A stretch of 64,000 bases of DNA, taken from contig JACKID010000001.1 of assembly GCA_020638675.1 (NCBI GenBank), positions 2,243,261-2,307,260 of the forward strand, in the 5' to 3' direction. Every line of letters starts with the position of its first letter. Positions within the stretch are counted from its first letter, which is position 1. The translations under genes were made by a program, and so were the position numbers. Positions 39,052 to 49,465 of this stretch are shown here, piece after piece. The DNA comes from Planctomycetota bacterium. Lineage in GTDB: Bacteria > Planctomycetota > UBA8742 > UBA2392. The notes beneath the pieces were generated by a model, which saw nothing but the letters and a program-made list of their open reading frames with translations, was not told the origin of the DNA and did not search any database.

Positions 39052-39825
39052 ATGCCGATCGAAGTCAACGTGTCAGACCGCATCGCGCATGTGGCGTTGA
39101 ACGCGCCGCCGCTGAACATTCTGACCTCTGCGCTGCAGAGTGAATTGCGCGCAGCTCTCGAAGCACTGCGCGAACGGGACGATCACAACGCGGTGTTTCT
39201 CACCAGCGCGCTCGACGGCAAGTTCTCGGCCGGCGCGGACGTGGGCGAGCACATTGGGCGCGACAACTGCAAGCGCATGCTGGAGGCGGCGCATGGATTG
39301 ATTGCGGAGCTGCTGCGCACGCCTGTCCCGACGCTCTGCTTTGTGGACGGACCCTGTCTTGGCGGTGCGTTTGAGTTGGCACTCGCCTGCGACCAGATTG
39401 TTGCGTCCGAGCGATCGACGTTTGGAACACCGGAGATCCAGCTCGGGTGCTATCCGCCTGCCGCGATGGTACTCATGCCGCAGAAGCTGCCGGCGGCCCT
39501 GGCGGCGGAGCTAATCCAGGGCGGACACGGGCTGACCAGCGTTGAGTTTGCCCAGCGCGGGGCGGGCATCCGGGTCGTCGATGAGCTGTCCAAGGCGCTC
39601 GAAATGGCCGGCAACAACTATCGCAACCTGCCACGAGGCGCCCTCGTAGAAGCGACCAGGCTGTTGCGATCCGGATCGCCCGAGCGGTTTGCCGCACAGG
39701 TGGGCGGCATTGAGCAGGCGTATCTCGAACGACTGACCGACTTGCAGGATGCAATCGAAGGCGCCGAGGCATTTTTGGCGAAACGAAAGCCGGTCTGGGA
39801 CCACAGAAGTGTTGGAGGCCGATAA
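39052..39825 (+). CDS. Enoyl-CoA hydratase/isomerase (crotonase) family protein
   Basis: GGAGG SD. Oxyanion-hole region FSAGADV...VDGPCLGGAFELALACD. 257 aa. Confidence 0.8.
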   Translation: MPIEVNVSDRIAHVALNAPPLNILTSALQSELRAALEALRERDDHNAVFLTSALDGKFSAGADVGEHIGRDNCKRMLEAAHGLIAELLRTPVPTLCFVDGPCLGGAFELALACDQIVASERSTFGTPEIQLGCYPPAAMVLMPQKLPAALAAELIQGGHGLTSVEFAQRGAGIRVVDELSKALEMAGNNYRNLPRGALVEATRLLRSGSPERFAAQVGGIEQAYLERLTDLQDAIEGAEAFLAKRKPVWDHRSVGGR

Positions 39826-39909
39826 CAGGCGGGTCAGCACCCCGAAAACCTGTAACCTGAAGCTCGGAAACTCGTTAGAGTTAATGAGGACAGAGGGCTG
39901 GAGGAAACC

Positions 39910-41571
39910 ATGAGGACTGTATCCATCCTGGCTGCATTTGCGGCCGTGGCGGTGATGCTGGGCTATTCACCCCAGCCGGTAGCCGCAAAGGACGACATCG
40001 ACAAGCGCGAGCAAAAGGCGGCCATGGCGGAAGCCGAGGGCCTGCTCAAGCGCGACAAAGAGGCGGTGGACGAAGTCGTGACGGCCATCGAGCGCCTTTA
40101 TGGGCTGCTCGATCACGACATGGCGATCGCACTGCTGGGCTACTTCGACGAGTGCGACAGCGCCTGGGACTCAGCCAGCGGCGACAAGAACGCACCGAAG
40201 GAAGCCAAGGGACGCCCCAAGCAGGCATACAAGATTGCAAATGCGATCCTGCAGTGCATCCGCAACATGACGCTGGCGGATGAAGTCGCCGAGTTCGAAG
40301 ACGACATCAATGAGCGCGACAAGTACTCGCTGCGCCCGCGCATGGCGATGATCGATGCGCTGGCCAACAACGCGGAAAACGAAGCCTGCCTGAAGGTGCT
40401 GGTCGACCTGGCCAAGAACGATAAAGGCAAGATGGACACCGATATGCGCGTGCTCGCGATCCAGCACCTGGGCAAGCACGCCAAGGTCGACGACGTATTC
40501 CACACGCTGATGAAGACCCTGAACGACGGAAGCTGGCGCATTCGCGAAGCTACGGCTGTTGCACTGATCGACGCCGACGGGCCGAACGAAGACCAGATCA
40601 TCGTCGCGCTGATCAACGACCTTGCCAAGGAAACCGGCAAGATGCGCAAGACGATCTCCGACGTCCTGAAAAAGATCACCGGCGTAGACAACGGGACAGA
40701 CCCGGACAAGTGGATCGACTGGTTCGCCAACAAGAAGCGCGAGGACCAGGGCCTGCCGCCGAAATCCGGCAAGGGCGACCGCGGGACGCGCGTGAAGGTT
40801 TTCGAAACCGAAACCTTCAGTGACCGCTACGTCTTCCTGATCGACACCTCGGTATCGATGACGGAAAAGATCACCGATGAAGAGAAAGAGAAGCTGAAGA
40901 AGTCCATCACCAGCGGCCCCGGCGACGACAAGGACCCGCGCCGCCCGCTCGACTGGAGCCAGATCAACTGCAAGCTCGACCTCGCACGCGAAGAAATGAT
41001 CCGCAGCCTTGAAGTGATGGACCCGCAGCGCACCACGTTCACGGTCATCTCGTTCGCCGAGAACGCAACGATCTGGAAAGATGAGCTGGTCCCGACCGAC
41101 GAAGACAATGTCGCCGAAGTGGCCGACTGGCTGCGCAAGATAAAGGGCCAGAAGCGCACGAACGTCTTCGGCGCGCTCGACGCGGCCTATGACCTGAGCG
41201 AGCGCATCGCCGGCACCGAAGTCGACAAGCGCAAAGAGAAGAAGAAAAAGAAGAAGGACGACAAGGACGGCCCCGTCACCGGCATGCACCGCGACGACGC
41301 GCTGCCGGACACCATCTTCCTGTACACTGACGGCTACGCCACCTGGGGCAAGTACTCCGGCGAAGACGTGCTGTGGGCCGGCAAGTCCAACGAAGAAAAG
41401 GCCAAGCTGTACGCACCGATCATGAAGTTGATGATCGACGAGGTCGAAGACCGAAACCGCATCGCCCGCATCACGGTCAACTGCGTGGGAGTGGGCCTGC
41501 GCCAGGACAACACGACTCTCAGCGCGCTTGCAAAGTCCTGCGGTGGCAAATACGTCGCGATCGGCAAGTAG
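39910..41571 (+). CDS. Secreted HEAT-like repeat / vWA domain protein (paralog 4, dispersed copy)
   Basis: Signal peptide MRTVSILAAFAAVAVMLGYSPQPVAA and MIDAS YVFLIDTSVSM. A lysine-rich insert (KRKEKKKKKKDDKDG) precedes IFLYTDGYATWG, and the C-terminal is VNCVGVGLRQDNTTLSALAKSCGGKY. The architecture matches the 8586-13362 triplet. Confidence 0.8.
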   Translation: MRTVSILAAFAAVAVMLGYSPQPVAAKDDIDKREQKAAMAEAEGLLKRDKEAVDEVVTAIERLYGLLDHDMAIALLGYFDECDSAWDSASGDKNAPKEAKGRPKQAYKIANAILQCIRNMTLADEVAEFEDDINERDKYSLRPRMAMIDALANNAENEACLKVLVDLAKNDKGKMDTDMRVLAIQHLGKHAKVDDVFHTLMKTLNDGSWRIREATAVALIDADGPNEDQIIVALINDLAKETGKMRKTISDVLKKITGVDNGTDPDKWIDWFANKKREDQGLPPKSGKGDRGTRVKVFETETFSDRYVFLIDTSVSMTEKITDEEKEKLKKSITSGPGDDKDPRRPLDWSQINCKLDLAREEMIRSLEVMDPQRTTFTVISFAENATIWKDELVPTDEDNVAEVADWLRKIKGQKRTNVFGALDAAYDLSERIAGTEVDKRKEKKKKKKDDKDGPVTGMHRDDALPDTIFLYTDGYATWGKYSGEDVLWAGKSNEEKAKLYAPIMKLMIDEVEDRNRIARITVNCVGVGLRQDNTTLSALAKSCGGKYVAIGK

Positions 41572-41594
41572 CCGGAAGCGTGAGCAGATTTGCG

Positions 41595-41622
41595 AAAGAG
41601 GACGGCCGAGGCCGTCCTCTTT
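41595..41622 (+). terminator. Perfect 13-bp hairpin after vWA paralog 4
   Basis: AAAGAGGACGGCC-ga-GGCCGTCCTCTTT. There is no extended T-run beyond the stem. Confidence 0.45.
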
Positions 41623-41648
41623 GCGTCGCGCGCGTTCTAGAATATGGC

Positions 41649-42143
41649 ATGGACGACAAGCAGAAACGCAAGGTTCGCAACATCGTCTCGGGCATCGTCC
41701 TGTCCGTGCTGGTGCTTCTGGTGCTGGCCTACTGCGGCGTGTTCGAGGGCGCGCAGTCGGACGAAGCACAGGTCCGCTCACTGCTGGAGCACAGCCGCGA
41801 AGAGATCAACGACAAGGACTGGCAGGATCTGTTCGATCTCTGCGATCTCACCGAAGCCGAGAAGCAGGCCTGGATCGAGGCGGTGCCCGCGCAGGCCGAC
41901 ATCGTTCAACTGGACTCCGTGGCGGCGGCCGAGATAATCAGCATCCCTGACGGCGCGACCGAGTATGAACTGGACGTCACCGTCACAGGCCACATCGGCA
42001 AGCTGTTCGTGAAGGGGCCGCAGCTCAACTCGGTCTCGTGCCACGTCTGCTTCGTCAAGAAGAACGGGCGCTGGTACATCGACATCAACAACCCGAAAGC
42101 GAACTTCGGGCCGTACGTGCAGAAACCAACGATGCCGAAGTAG
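41649..42143 (+). CDS. Hypothetical membrane-anchored protein (single N-terminal TM)
   Basis: The ATG at 41649 (MDDKQKRKVRNIVSGIVLSVLVLLVLAYCG...) gives a 164-aa protein. Unknown family. Confidence 0.5.
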   Translation: MDDKQKRKVRNIVSGIVLSVLVLLVLAYCGVFEGAQSDEAQVRSLLEHSREEINDKDWQDLFDLCDLTEAEKQAWIEAVPAQADIVQLDSVAAAEIISIPDGATEYELDVTVTGHIGKLFVKGPQLNSVSCHVCFVKKNGRWYIDINNPKANFGPYVQKPTMPK

Positions 42144-42145
42144 GC

Positions 42146-43306
42146 CTAGCGCTCCACGACCGCATTGCCCGGCTCGGGTGCATATTGCTCCGCCACGGGT
42201 TGCGGTGCGGGCTTGGCAGGATGCTGAATCGTGATCGGCAGCAGCGCCAGGGCAACCGCGGCGCACGCCATGCCGGCCTTCCAGAAGCTGCGGGTAACGG
42301 CCGACTCGTGCTTGCCACCGAACTGGTAGTGATGGTGCAACGGCGAGCAACGGAAGATGCGCTTGCCCCTTGTGGCCTTGAAGTAGGCGACCTGCAGCAT
42401 CACGGAACCGGCTTCCGCCACGAACACGCCGCCGGCAACCGCCAGTACCAACTCAAGCCGGGCGAGCGTGGCAATGAAGCCAAGTAGGGCACCCAGGCTC
42501 AGGCTGCCGGTGTCACCCATGAACACCTTGGCGGGGTGGCGGTTCCACCACAGGAAACCCAGCAACGCCCCGGACGCCGCCACGCCCAGGACGGCGCAGG
42601 TCCAACCCAGACTCGGGTCGGCACTACCAAACACTGCCATCAGGACGGCCGCGCCGCCCAGTGCGTAGAATGCTATCGCGCCCGTGCCGCCGGCGAGGCC
42701 ATCGAGCCCGTCCGTCAAGTTGTAGGCGTTGCTCGCCCCCACCATCACGAATGTGCCAAGCGGAATCATCAGCGCGCCCAGCGGAATGCGGGCAAACGGC
42801 AGCACCAGCACCGCGCCTTCGTCGCCGAGCAGGCGATACGCCGCCGTGCATGCAATGACTGCGATCGCCGTCTGGATCGCAAGCTTCTTCTTGCCAGAGA
42901 TGCCGTCCTTGCCGCGTTTGGTCAGCTTGCAGTAGTCGTCCCACAACCCCAGACCGGCGTGCGACAGCACCACGAATGCAGCCGCGCCCAGTGCAGGCCA
43001 GACGCGCGCAGCATCGGCCCCGCCCAGCGTGATCACAGCGCAACCGAGCACGGACGCAACCAGCATCGCGGGCACAAGGAACGCGCCGCCCATCGTCGGC
43101 GTGTTCTTCTTGTCGGCGTGCAGCATGTTGAGGTAGTCGCTGGCCTTGCGCTGCTCGCCGTCATTGAGCTTGCGCCGCACCAGCCACGGGATGACCAGCC
43201 GGCCCGCGAACGCGCTCAGCAGCACGCTCGTGAGGAATATACCGAACGCGCCACCAATCAGGATCGCGGCGAAGTTCCAGTTCAGTTCGGGGTTTGCAAG
43301 GTCCAT
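42146..43306 (-). CDS. mraY: Phospho-N-acetylmuramoyl-pentapeptide transferase
   Basis: Polytopic membrane protein with NAYNLTDGLDGLA and HHHYQ motifs. It is the last gene of the dcw cluster here. Confidence 0.92.
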   Translation of the reverse strand: MDLANPELNWNFAAILIGGAFGIFLTSVLLSAFAGRLVIPWLVRRKLNDGEQRKASDYLNMLHADKKNTPTMGGAFLVPAMLVASVLGCAVITLGGADAARVWPALGAAAFVVLSHAGLGLWDDYCKLTKRGKDGISGKKKLAIQTAIAVIACTAAYRLLGDEGAVLVLPFARIPLGALMIPLGTFVMVGASNAYNLTDGLDGLAGGTGAIAFYALGGAAVLMAVFGSADPSLGWTCAVLGVAASGALLGFLWWNRHPAKVFMGDTGSLSLGALLGFIATLARLELVLAVAGGVFVAEAGSVMLQVAYFKATRGKRIFRCSPLHHHYQFGGKHESAVTRSFWKAGMACAAVALALLPITIQHPAKPAPQPVAEQYAPEPGNAVVER

Positions 43307-43307
43307 G

Positions 43308-44828
43308 TCAGGCCGCCGCCGGGTTGCGTGTACGAGTCAGGATGTCGGGCAATGGATCGCCCACCGGGTGCTCACGGCGCGTGGGACGCAGCGGCATCAA
43401 AGATTCCGCGTCGTAGCGTTTGCGGAAGGCGTCGACGATGCGGTTCATCTTCATGCCGTTACTGCCCTTGATCAGCAGCAGGTCGCCGCTGCGGCACTCT
43501 TCCAGCAGGTGACCGGCCGCTTCCTCCGAGCTATCGAAGCTCCAGACGCAACCCTTGCCGTTGGCAAGGAATTGCTCTTGGTAGATCTCGCCCAGGGCCC
43601 GCATCTGTTTGCCGACCGTTACCACCAGATCGACCGGCTGCGTTGTGCCCAGGTAGGCGACTTCGCGGTGAAGACGCTCGGAATCCGGGCCCAGTTCAAG
43701 CATGTCCCCCAGCACGGCAATCCGCAGCCCTTCGCAGGGGAAACGTCCCAGCGTGCGAAGCGCCGCGCAGGTGCTGGCGGGGTTGGCGTTGTAGGAATCG
43801 TCCAGCACGCCGATGCCGGCGAAGTCGCGGTACTCAAGGCGGCGCCCGACGGGCTCGATGCGGCGCAGCGCGATCTGCATCTCGGCGATGGAAACGCCCC
43901 CCACCCAGCCGACAGCGATCGCCGCCAGCGCATTCAATGCGTTGTGTTCGCCGTGCAACGGCAGGCGGAATTCATGGCGTCCGTTGAGCATGAAGTGTGT
44001 GCCGAACTTGTTGCTGCGGATGTCGCCGGCACGCAGCTCACAGCGCTTGTCCGTACCGTAGCCGACCACGCGGCAGTTTGCGCGCTCGGCCGCGCGCACG
44101 CAGCGCGGGTCGTCAAAGTTCACGATGGCGATGCCGTCCGACGGCAGGGCCGCCAACAGCTCACCCTTTTCCGCAATGATGCCATCCAGGCTACCGAGCC
44201 CGCTCAGGTGGCTCTCGCTGACACTGGTCAGCACACCGCAGGTCGGGCCGGCGATGCGGGCGAGCTCGGCGATCTCGCCGGGCTCGCTCGTGCCCATCTC
44301 GATCACCGCAAATTCGTGGTGATCCGACAGGCGCAGAACCGTGTGCGGCACGCCGACGCGGTTGTTCTCATTGGCCGTGTTCTGCAGCACGGTGAAGTTG
44401 CGCTTCAGGATTGCGCTGGTCATCTCGCGCGTCGTGGTTTTGCCGTTGCTGCCGGTGATGCCGACCACAACCGCTCGCTGCATGTCGCGATAGCCGCGGG
44501 CCAGGCGACCGAGCGCCTTGAGCGAGTCTTTCACGAGGATTGTAGGAACGCTGGGGACGAAGCCGGCCGGAACGCGGTGCGTAACGAGACAGCGCGCACC
44601 CTTGGCCTGTGCTTGCGCGAGAAACTCGGAGCCATCGAAGTTGTCGCCCTTCAGCGCGATGAAGACGTCGCCCGCGACGATCTTGCGCGTGTCCGTGCAG
44701 ACCGCGCCGAACTTCACCGGCAGTGCGCGGGAGCTGTCGTCGGCCTCGCTGCCGTCCGCGCCGTCAGGCCGGCGAATCCACTCCCCGCCTACGGCCAGGC
44801 GTACATCCTGGACGGTCATGTTGTGCAT
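43308..44828 (-). CDS. murF: UDP-N-acetylmuramoyl-tripeptide--D-alanyl-D-alanine ligase
   Basis: Mur ligase P-loop GITGSNGKTTT and position between murE and mraY. Confidence 0.9.
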   Translation of the reverse strand: MHNMTVQDVRLAVGGEWIRRPDGADGSEADDSSRALPVKFGAVCTDTRKIVAGDVFIALKGDNFDGSEFLAQAQAKGARCLVTHRVPAGFVPSVPTILVKDSLKALGRLARGYRDMQRAVVVGITGSNGKTTTREMTSAILKRNFTVLQNTANENNRVGVPHTVLRLSDHHEFAVIEMGTSEPGEIAELARIAGPTCGVLTSVSESHLSGLGSLDGIIAEKGELLAALPSDGIAIVNFDDPRCVRAAERANCRVVGYGTDKRCELRAGDIRSNKFGTHFMLNGRHEFRLPLHGEHNALNALAAIAVGWVGGVSIAEMQIALRRIEPVGRRLEYRDFAGIGVLDDSYNANPASTCAALRTLGRFPCEGLRIAVLGDMLELGPDSERLHREVAYLGTTQPVDLVVTVGKQMRALGEIYQEQFLANGKGCVWSFDSSEEAAGHLLEECRSGDLLLIKGSNGMKMNRIVDAFRKRYDAESLMPLRPTRREHPVGDPLPDILTRTRNPAAA

Positions 44829-44842
44829 GGTGAAACCCCGAC

Positions 44843-46360
44843 TCAGTTGACGGCGAGTGCGCGGCGGCCGCTGCCGGCCACGCCCCAGAAATGCTCGAGG
44901 GCACTTCGGGCTTCTTCTCTGTCGTCAAAATGAACCGTGCGGTCTGAGAAAATCTGGTAGTCCTCGTGCCCCTTGCCGACGATCACGATGACGTCCTCCG
45001 GCGACGCCTCGGCGATGGCCTTCTGGATCGCCTCGCGCCGGTCGACGTAGACCTCGGCGGGCTTCTTCTGCGGGGGGAAGCCGGCGAGAATTTCCTCGAT
45101 GATGGCGCCCGGGTCTTCGCTGCGCGGATTGTCGCTGGTGACGATCGGGCGGTCGGCAAGCTCGGCGCCGATCGCGCCCATCTGCGGTCGCTTGGTGCGG
45201 TCGCGATCGCCGCCGCAGCCGAAGATGCAGGTCAGCTTGCGGCCTTCGCACACCTGCCGAAGTGTTGTCAGAACATTCTGCATGGCGTCGGGTGTGTGGG
45301 CGTAGTCCACGAACACCGACGGTGCCGGCTTGTCGAAGCGGACGCGCTCGAGGCGTCCCGGCGCGCCCTTGAAGTCCATCACGGCCGCGCGGATCTTCGG
45401 CAGCGGCAGGTCCAGCGCCAGCGCCATGGTGATTGCGCCGGAAAGATTCTGCACGTTGTAGCGCCCGGTCATGGGGCTGTGGAACATCGAGCCGCGGCTG
45501 AGCCAGCGCATACCGAAGCTCATGCCCTGCACGCCAAGGTTGATCTGCTCGACGTCAACGTCGGCCTCGGCATGTTCGCCCACGCCGAAACAGACGCTGC
45601 GCGCACGTGACGCCATGCGGGCGCCGTACGCATCGTCCAGGTTGACGACCGCGACGCTGCGCACCGGGTGCAGCATCTCAAACAGGCGCGCCTTTGCGTT
45701 GAAGTACCGCTCGAAGTCGCCGTGGTAGTCGAGGTGGTCGCGCGTCAGGTTGGTGAAGATCGCGCCGTTGAATTCTACGCCGGTCACGCGGTGCTGATCC
45801 AGCGCGTGGCTGCTGACCTCCATAACGCAGGCTTCCTGCCCCAGCGCCCGCATCTCGGCCAGCATCTTCTGCACGCTCAGGCTGCTCGCGGTCGTGAGCT
45901 TGGCCGTGCGTCGCTCGCTCCCGACGATGTTCCAGACCGTTCCCATAAGACCGCAGCGAATGCCGCAACGCTCAAAGATCTCGCGCATCATGAATGCGCT
46001 GGTGGTCTTGCCGTTGGTCCCGGTGATGCCGACCACCTTCATGTGCCGCGACGGGTGGCCGTACATCATGCTGGCCAGGTAGCCGAGAGTGCGGCGCGGA
46101 TCGTCCGTGACGATCTGCGGCACCAGTTTGAATTCCTTCAGCGGACGCCCGACCAGCAACGCACCCGCGCCACGGTTCAGCGCGTCGCGAACGAATCCCG
46201 TACCGTCGTGCTTGCTGCCCGGCAGGGCCGCGAACAGGTTCCCCGGCATGACTTCCCGGCTGTCGTCCACGACACCGGTGATCCGCAGGCGCTGGTCGTG
46301 CAGCACCCAGATTTTCGGGTCGAGCTTCTTGAGGTCACGTGCAAGCGACTGAAAGCGCAT
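44843..46360 (-). CDS. murE: UDP-N-acetylmuramoyl-L-alanyl-D-glutamate--2,6-diaminopimelate ligase
   Basis: GITGTNGKTT P-loop and a DNPR-containing C-terminal domain. Confidence 0.9.
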   Translation of the reverse strand: MRFQSLARDLKKLDPKIWVLHDQRLRITGVVDDSREVMPGNLFAALPGSKHDGTGFVRDALNRGAGALLVGRPLKEFKLVPQIVTDDPRRTLGYLASMMYGHPSRHMKVVGITGTNGKTTSAFMMREIFERCGIRCGLMGTVWNIVGSERRTAKLTTASSLSVQKMLAEMRALGQEACVMEVSSHALDQHRVTGVEFNGAIFTNLTRDHLDYHGDFERYFNAKARLFEMLHPVRSVAVVNLDDAYGARMASRARSVCFGVGEHAEADVDVEQINLGVQGMSFGMRWLSRGSMFHSPMTGRYNVQNLSGAITMALALDLPLPKIRAAVMDFKGAPGRLERVRFDKPAPSVFVDYAHTPDAMQNVLTTLRQVCEGRKLTCIFGCGGDRDRTKRPQMGAIGAELADRPIVTSDNPRSEDPGAIIEEILAGFPPQKKPAEVYVDRREAIQKAIAEASPEDVIVIVGKGHEDYQIFSDRTVHFDDREEARSALEHFWGVAGSGRRALAVN

Positions 46361-46361
46361 C

Positions 46362-48218
46362 TTAGTCCTTACTGGCGGTTTCTTCGGGCATGTCTTCCGG
46401 CACGCCCAGCTGCTTGAGGGATCGCAGAACTATTCGCGACATGGTGGGTGCGGCGACCGTGCCGCCGTAATGGCGGATCGGCCAGCCGTACTTGTTGAGA
46501 ACCTTGCCGTGGGCTTCGTTCACCACGACAATCACGCTGATGACCGGGTTGTCCGCGGGCGCATAGCCGACGAAGCTGCAGACCTTGTCTTCGCTGTACT
46601 GGCCGTTCTTGACCTTCATGGCCGTGCCGGTCTTGCCGGCGATGCGGTACTGCTTCAGTTGCGCGCCGGTTGCCGTGCCGTCCTCGACGACACCCTTGAG
46701 CGTCTCGTTCATCATCTTGCGGGTGACTTCTTCGGACAGCCCGCTCTCGACGAGGATCTCCGGCTTGCCCTCATGCAGCACCTTGCCGTCCGGCCCGACG
46801 ACGCGCCCGATCACCCACGGCTTGTAGACGTGACCGCCGTTTGCGATGGCGTTGAAGCAGTTCAACATCTGCATCGGCGTGACCTGCACTTCGTAGCCGA
46901 TGCTCACGCTCGGGATCGAGCTGGGTACGGTCCACTTGTCGAGCGGGCGCACAACGCCGGCGCTCTCGCCGAAACGGGGGCCGCCGAGATCGAAGCCGGT
47001 GCGACGTCCGAAGCCGCACTTGGTGATGGAGTCATAGAGCTCATCGCAGCCGAGCAGCAGCCCGATGCGGGTCATGACGGTGTTACTGCTGCTGACCAGA
47101 GCGCGGTTGACGGTCACGCAGCTTCGCCCGTTCCACTGCACCCAGTACTCGTTGGGTATCTCGTGCCCGTGGTCGGTGATCTGTTTCTTGCGCCCGGGGA
47201 TCGAAAGTTCCGGCGTGTATTCGACCAGGCTGGTCGGCGTCAGCAGCCCGCGCTGATAGGCGCTGCACACGATCAGCGGCTTGAACATTGAGCCGGGCTC
47301 AAACGGGTCGGTGATCGCAATGTTCTTGCGCGCCGCCGCGTCACTGCCGGGAGAGTTCGGGTTGAAGCTGGGGTAGTTGGCCAGCCCGAGAATCGCGCCG
47401 GTGTTGGTTTCCATCACGATGACGGACACCGTCTCCGGCTCCCACATATCCACCAGCGAGTGCAACTCATCTTCGACGATCGCCTGAATGCCTGAATTGA
47501 TCGTGAGGTAGACCGATGCTCCGTCCTGCGCGGCTTCGATGCGGTCGTCGATATTCTCGATCGGGTGTCCCAGCGCGTCGACTGCGATCACGCGCTTGCC
47601 TGGCTTGGCCGCGAGATAGCTTTCCAGCGCGCGCTCCACGCCTTCCTGCCCGTACATGTCGCGCCCGACGAAGCCGACGATGTGCGAGGCAAAGTTGCCC
47701 AGCGGATACTCGCGCGTCTCGATGGCGCGCAGCTCGATGCCCGGCAGGTTGCCCAGCCGCAGCTCGGCGTCGATCTTGGCCGTCGCATCGATCGCGACTT
47801 CGCGCTCAATGCAGTAGTAGTATTTGTCGCGACGCTCATAGAGCTGGTTCTCGACGTTGCGTGCATAGTCGCCGTCTTGTCCGAGCAGCGACGCAAGGCG
47901 CGTGGCCACCTCGGCACGCTGGTCGCCGGGCACGGCCCGGGGATTCGCCACCAGGGATGCACCCGAAAAAGTCGTCTGCCCGAGGCAAACCTTGTCTTCG
48001 CTGAAGATGCTGCCGCGAGTGCCGGGCAACGTCAGCGTGCGAGTGGAGTTCGCATGGCGCTGGGCGAGGTAGTCGTCGTGGTGCCAGACCTGCAGGCTGA
48101 ACAGACGCCCGCTGAGACCGAACAGCACCACAATCACGCCCCCAAGCACAATACGCGCGGAGCGCCGCGGAGAGACTCCGCCGCCTGTTTCACGCAGCAT
48201 CCAGAAGAGAAGCTTCAT
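46362..48218 (-). CDS. ftsI: Peptidoglycan D,D-transpeptidase (FtsI / class B PBP)
   Basis: N-terminal TM, a dimerisation domain, and transpeptidase motifs (SxxK region, SSN, KTGT in ...AGKTGTAMK...). Confidence 0.88.
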   Translation of the reverse strand: MKLLFWMLRETGGGVSPRRSARIVLGGVIVVLFGLSGRLFSLQVWHHDDYLAQRHANSTRTLTLPGTRGSIFSEDKVCLGQTTFSGASLVANPRAVPGDQRAEVATRLASLLGQDGDYARNVENQLYERRDKYYYCIEREVAIDATAKIDAELRLGNLPGIELRAIETREYPLGNFASHIVGFVGRDMYGQEGVERALESYLAAKPGKRVIAVDALGHPIENIDDRIEAAQDGASVYLTINSGIQAIVEDELHSLVDMWEPETVSVIVMETNTGAILGLANYPSFNPNSPGSDAAARKNIAITDPFEPGSMFKPLIVCSAYQRGLLTPTSLVEYTPELSIPGRKKQITDHGHEIPNEYWVQWNGRSCVTVNRALVSSSNTVMTRIGLLLGCDELYDSITKCGFGRRTGFDLGGPRFGESAGVVRPLDKWTVPSSIPSVSIGYEVQVTPMQMLNCFNAIANGGHVYKPWVIGRVVGPDGKVLHEGKPEILVESGLSEEVTRKMMNETLKGVVEDGTATGAQLKQYRIAGKTGTAMKVKNGQYSEDKVCSFVGYAPADNPVISVIVVVNEAHGKVLNKYGWPIRHYGGTVAAPTMSRIVLRSLKQLGVPEDMPEETASKD

Positions 48219-48520
48219 TCCTTCTTCTCCTTCTTCTCTTCTTCCTTTTCCTTCTTCTTGCCGGGCAGCGGCTTGATCTCGCCCTCAGGCGGCAGCAGCG
48301 GCAGACCGGCCTCGCGGGATTCGCGAATCATGCGGGCGGGGTCGCGCTTCTTGGCTACCTCGGCGCTGAGCACGCGATTGCGCTCGTTCAGCTCACGCAG
48401 CTCGCGATCCAGTTGCGCGGCCTCAAACCCGACGCTGCGGATGTTGAGCCGCTGGCCGACGATCACGGCCGCGAGCGAGACGCAGAAGATAAGGAAGATG
48501 ATGCCTGTCTTGACGTTCAT
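48215..48520 (-). CDS. ftsL: Cell division protein FtsL-like (bitopic, coiled coil)
   Basis: 101 aa with an N-terminal TM, a short coiled coil, and a K/E-rich tail. Its stop overlaps the ftsI start and its start overlaps the rsmH stop. Confidence 0.6.
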   Translation of the reverse strand: MNVKTGIIFLIFCVSLAAVIVGQRLNIRSVGFEAAQLDRELRELNERNRVLSAEVAKKRDPARMIRESREAGLPLLPPEGEIKPLPGKKKEKEEEKKEKKE

Positions 48521-49458
48521 GGATTCCGCCGGTGCTTCTTGCTGCGATACCTGTCGTCGCCCAGCTCCTGCTCGGGCTCGCCCCAGGCGAAGCGCCGCAG
48601 CTTGGCGCTGCGTGCACGGGGGTTGGCCGTGCGCTCCGATTCATCGGCGGTTATGTGCTCAGGCTTGAGGATTCTCCCCAACCCCTGTTTCTGCCAGTCA
48701 CGAAAGGTCTGCTTGACGATCCGGTCTTCCAGAGAATGGAAGCTGATCACGCAGATCACTGCGCGTTCGGCCATGCCGTCCGGCACGGCGGCGAGCGCCC
48801 GCTCAAGCTCGCCGAGCTCGTCGTTTACGTAGATGCGCAGGGCCTGGAATGTGCGGGTGGCGGGATCGATGCGGTGCTTACCCTTGGGATAAGCGCGCCG
48901 GCAGAGTTCGGCGAGGTCCGCGGTTGTGCTCAACCGGCCCTCGTCAATCGCGAGTTTGGCCTGGCGCGCGATGCGGCGCGATAGACGCTCCTCACCGTAC
49001 CGCCAGATCACACTCGCGATTTCATCTTCCGGCGCGCTTTCCAGGAACTCCAGCGCGGATGGACCCCCGCCAGGGTCCATTCGCATGTCCAAGGGTCCAG
49101 CATGTCTGAAGCTGAAACCGCGCTCAGGTTCATCGAACTGCGGACTGCTGACGCCTACGTCTAGTAGCAGACCGTCTGCGTGCTCCACACCCACGGCGCG
49201 GAGCTGTTCAGGCCACTCGCCGAACCGACCGTGCCGGACAACCGCACGTCCTCCGAATCTTCCAAGACGCTGAGTTGCATGTGCCACCGCAGCGGGGTCG
49301 CGATCGATAGCGACAACCCGGATGCCCGGATACCTCTCGAGCAACTCGGCACTGTGTCCACCGAGCCCGCAGGTACCGTCCACGACAGTCGCGCCATCTC
49401 CGAGTCCGGCAAAGGCTTCGGCAACCGCTGTGACAAGGACGGGTAGGTGTTCGGCCAC
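48517..49458 (-). CDS. rsmH: 16S rRNA (cytosine1402-N4)-methyltransferase
   Basis: SAM-binding VDGTCGLGGHS motif. GTG start at 49458. Confidence 0.9.
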   Translation of the reverse strand: MAEHLPVLVTAVAEAFAGLGDGATVVDGTCGLGGHSAELLERYPGIRVVAIDRDPAAVAHATQRLGRFGGRAVVRHGRFGEWPEQLRAVGVEHADGLLLDVGVSSPQFDEPERGFSFRHAGPLDMRMDPGGGPSALEFLESAPEDEIASVIWRYGEERLSRRIARQAKLAIDEGRLSTTADLAELCRRAYPKGKHRIDPATRTFQALRIYVNDELGELERALAAVPDGMAERAVICVISFHSLEDRIVKQTFRDWQKQGLGRILKPEHITADESERTANPRARSAKLRRFAWGEPEQELGDDRYRSKKHRRNP

Positions 49459-49465
49459 GGGCTGC

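Noticed and set aside
40171-41781. 536-aa minus-strand ORF antisense to vWA paralog 4
   Set aside because: Antisense artefact of GC-rich coding DNA.
43146-44933. 595-aa plus-strand ORF across mraY/murF
   Set aside because: Antisense to murF, whose Mur-ligase motifs are clear on the minus strand.
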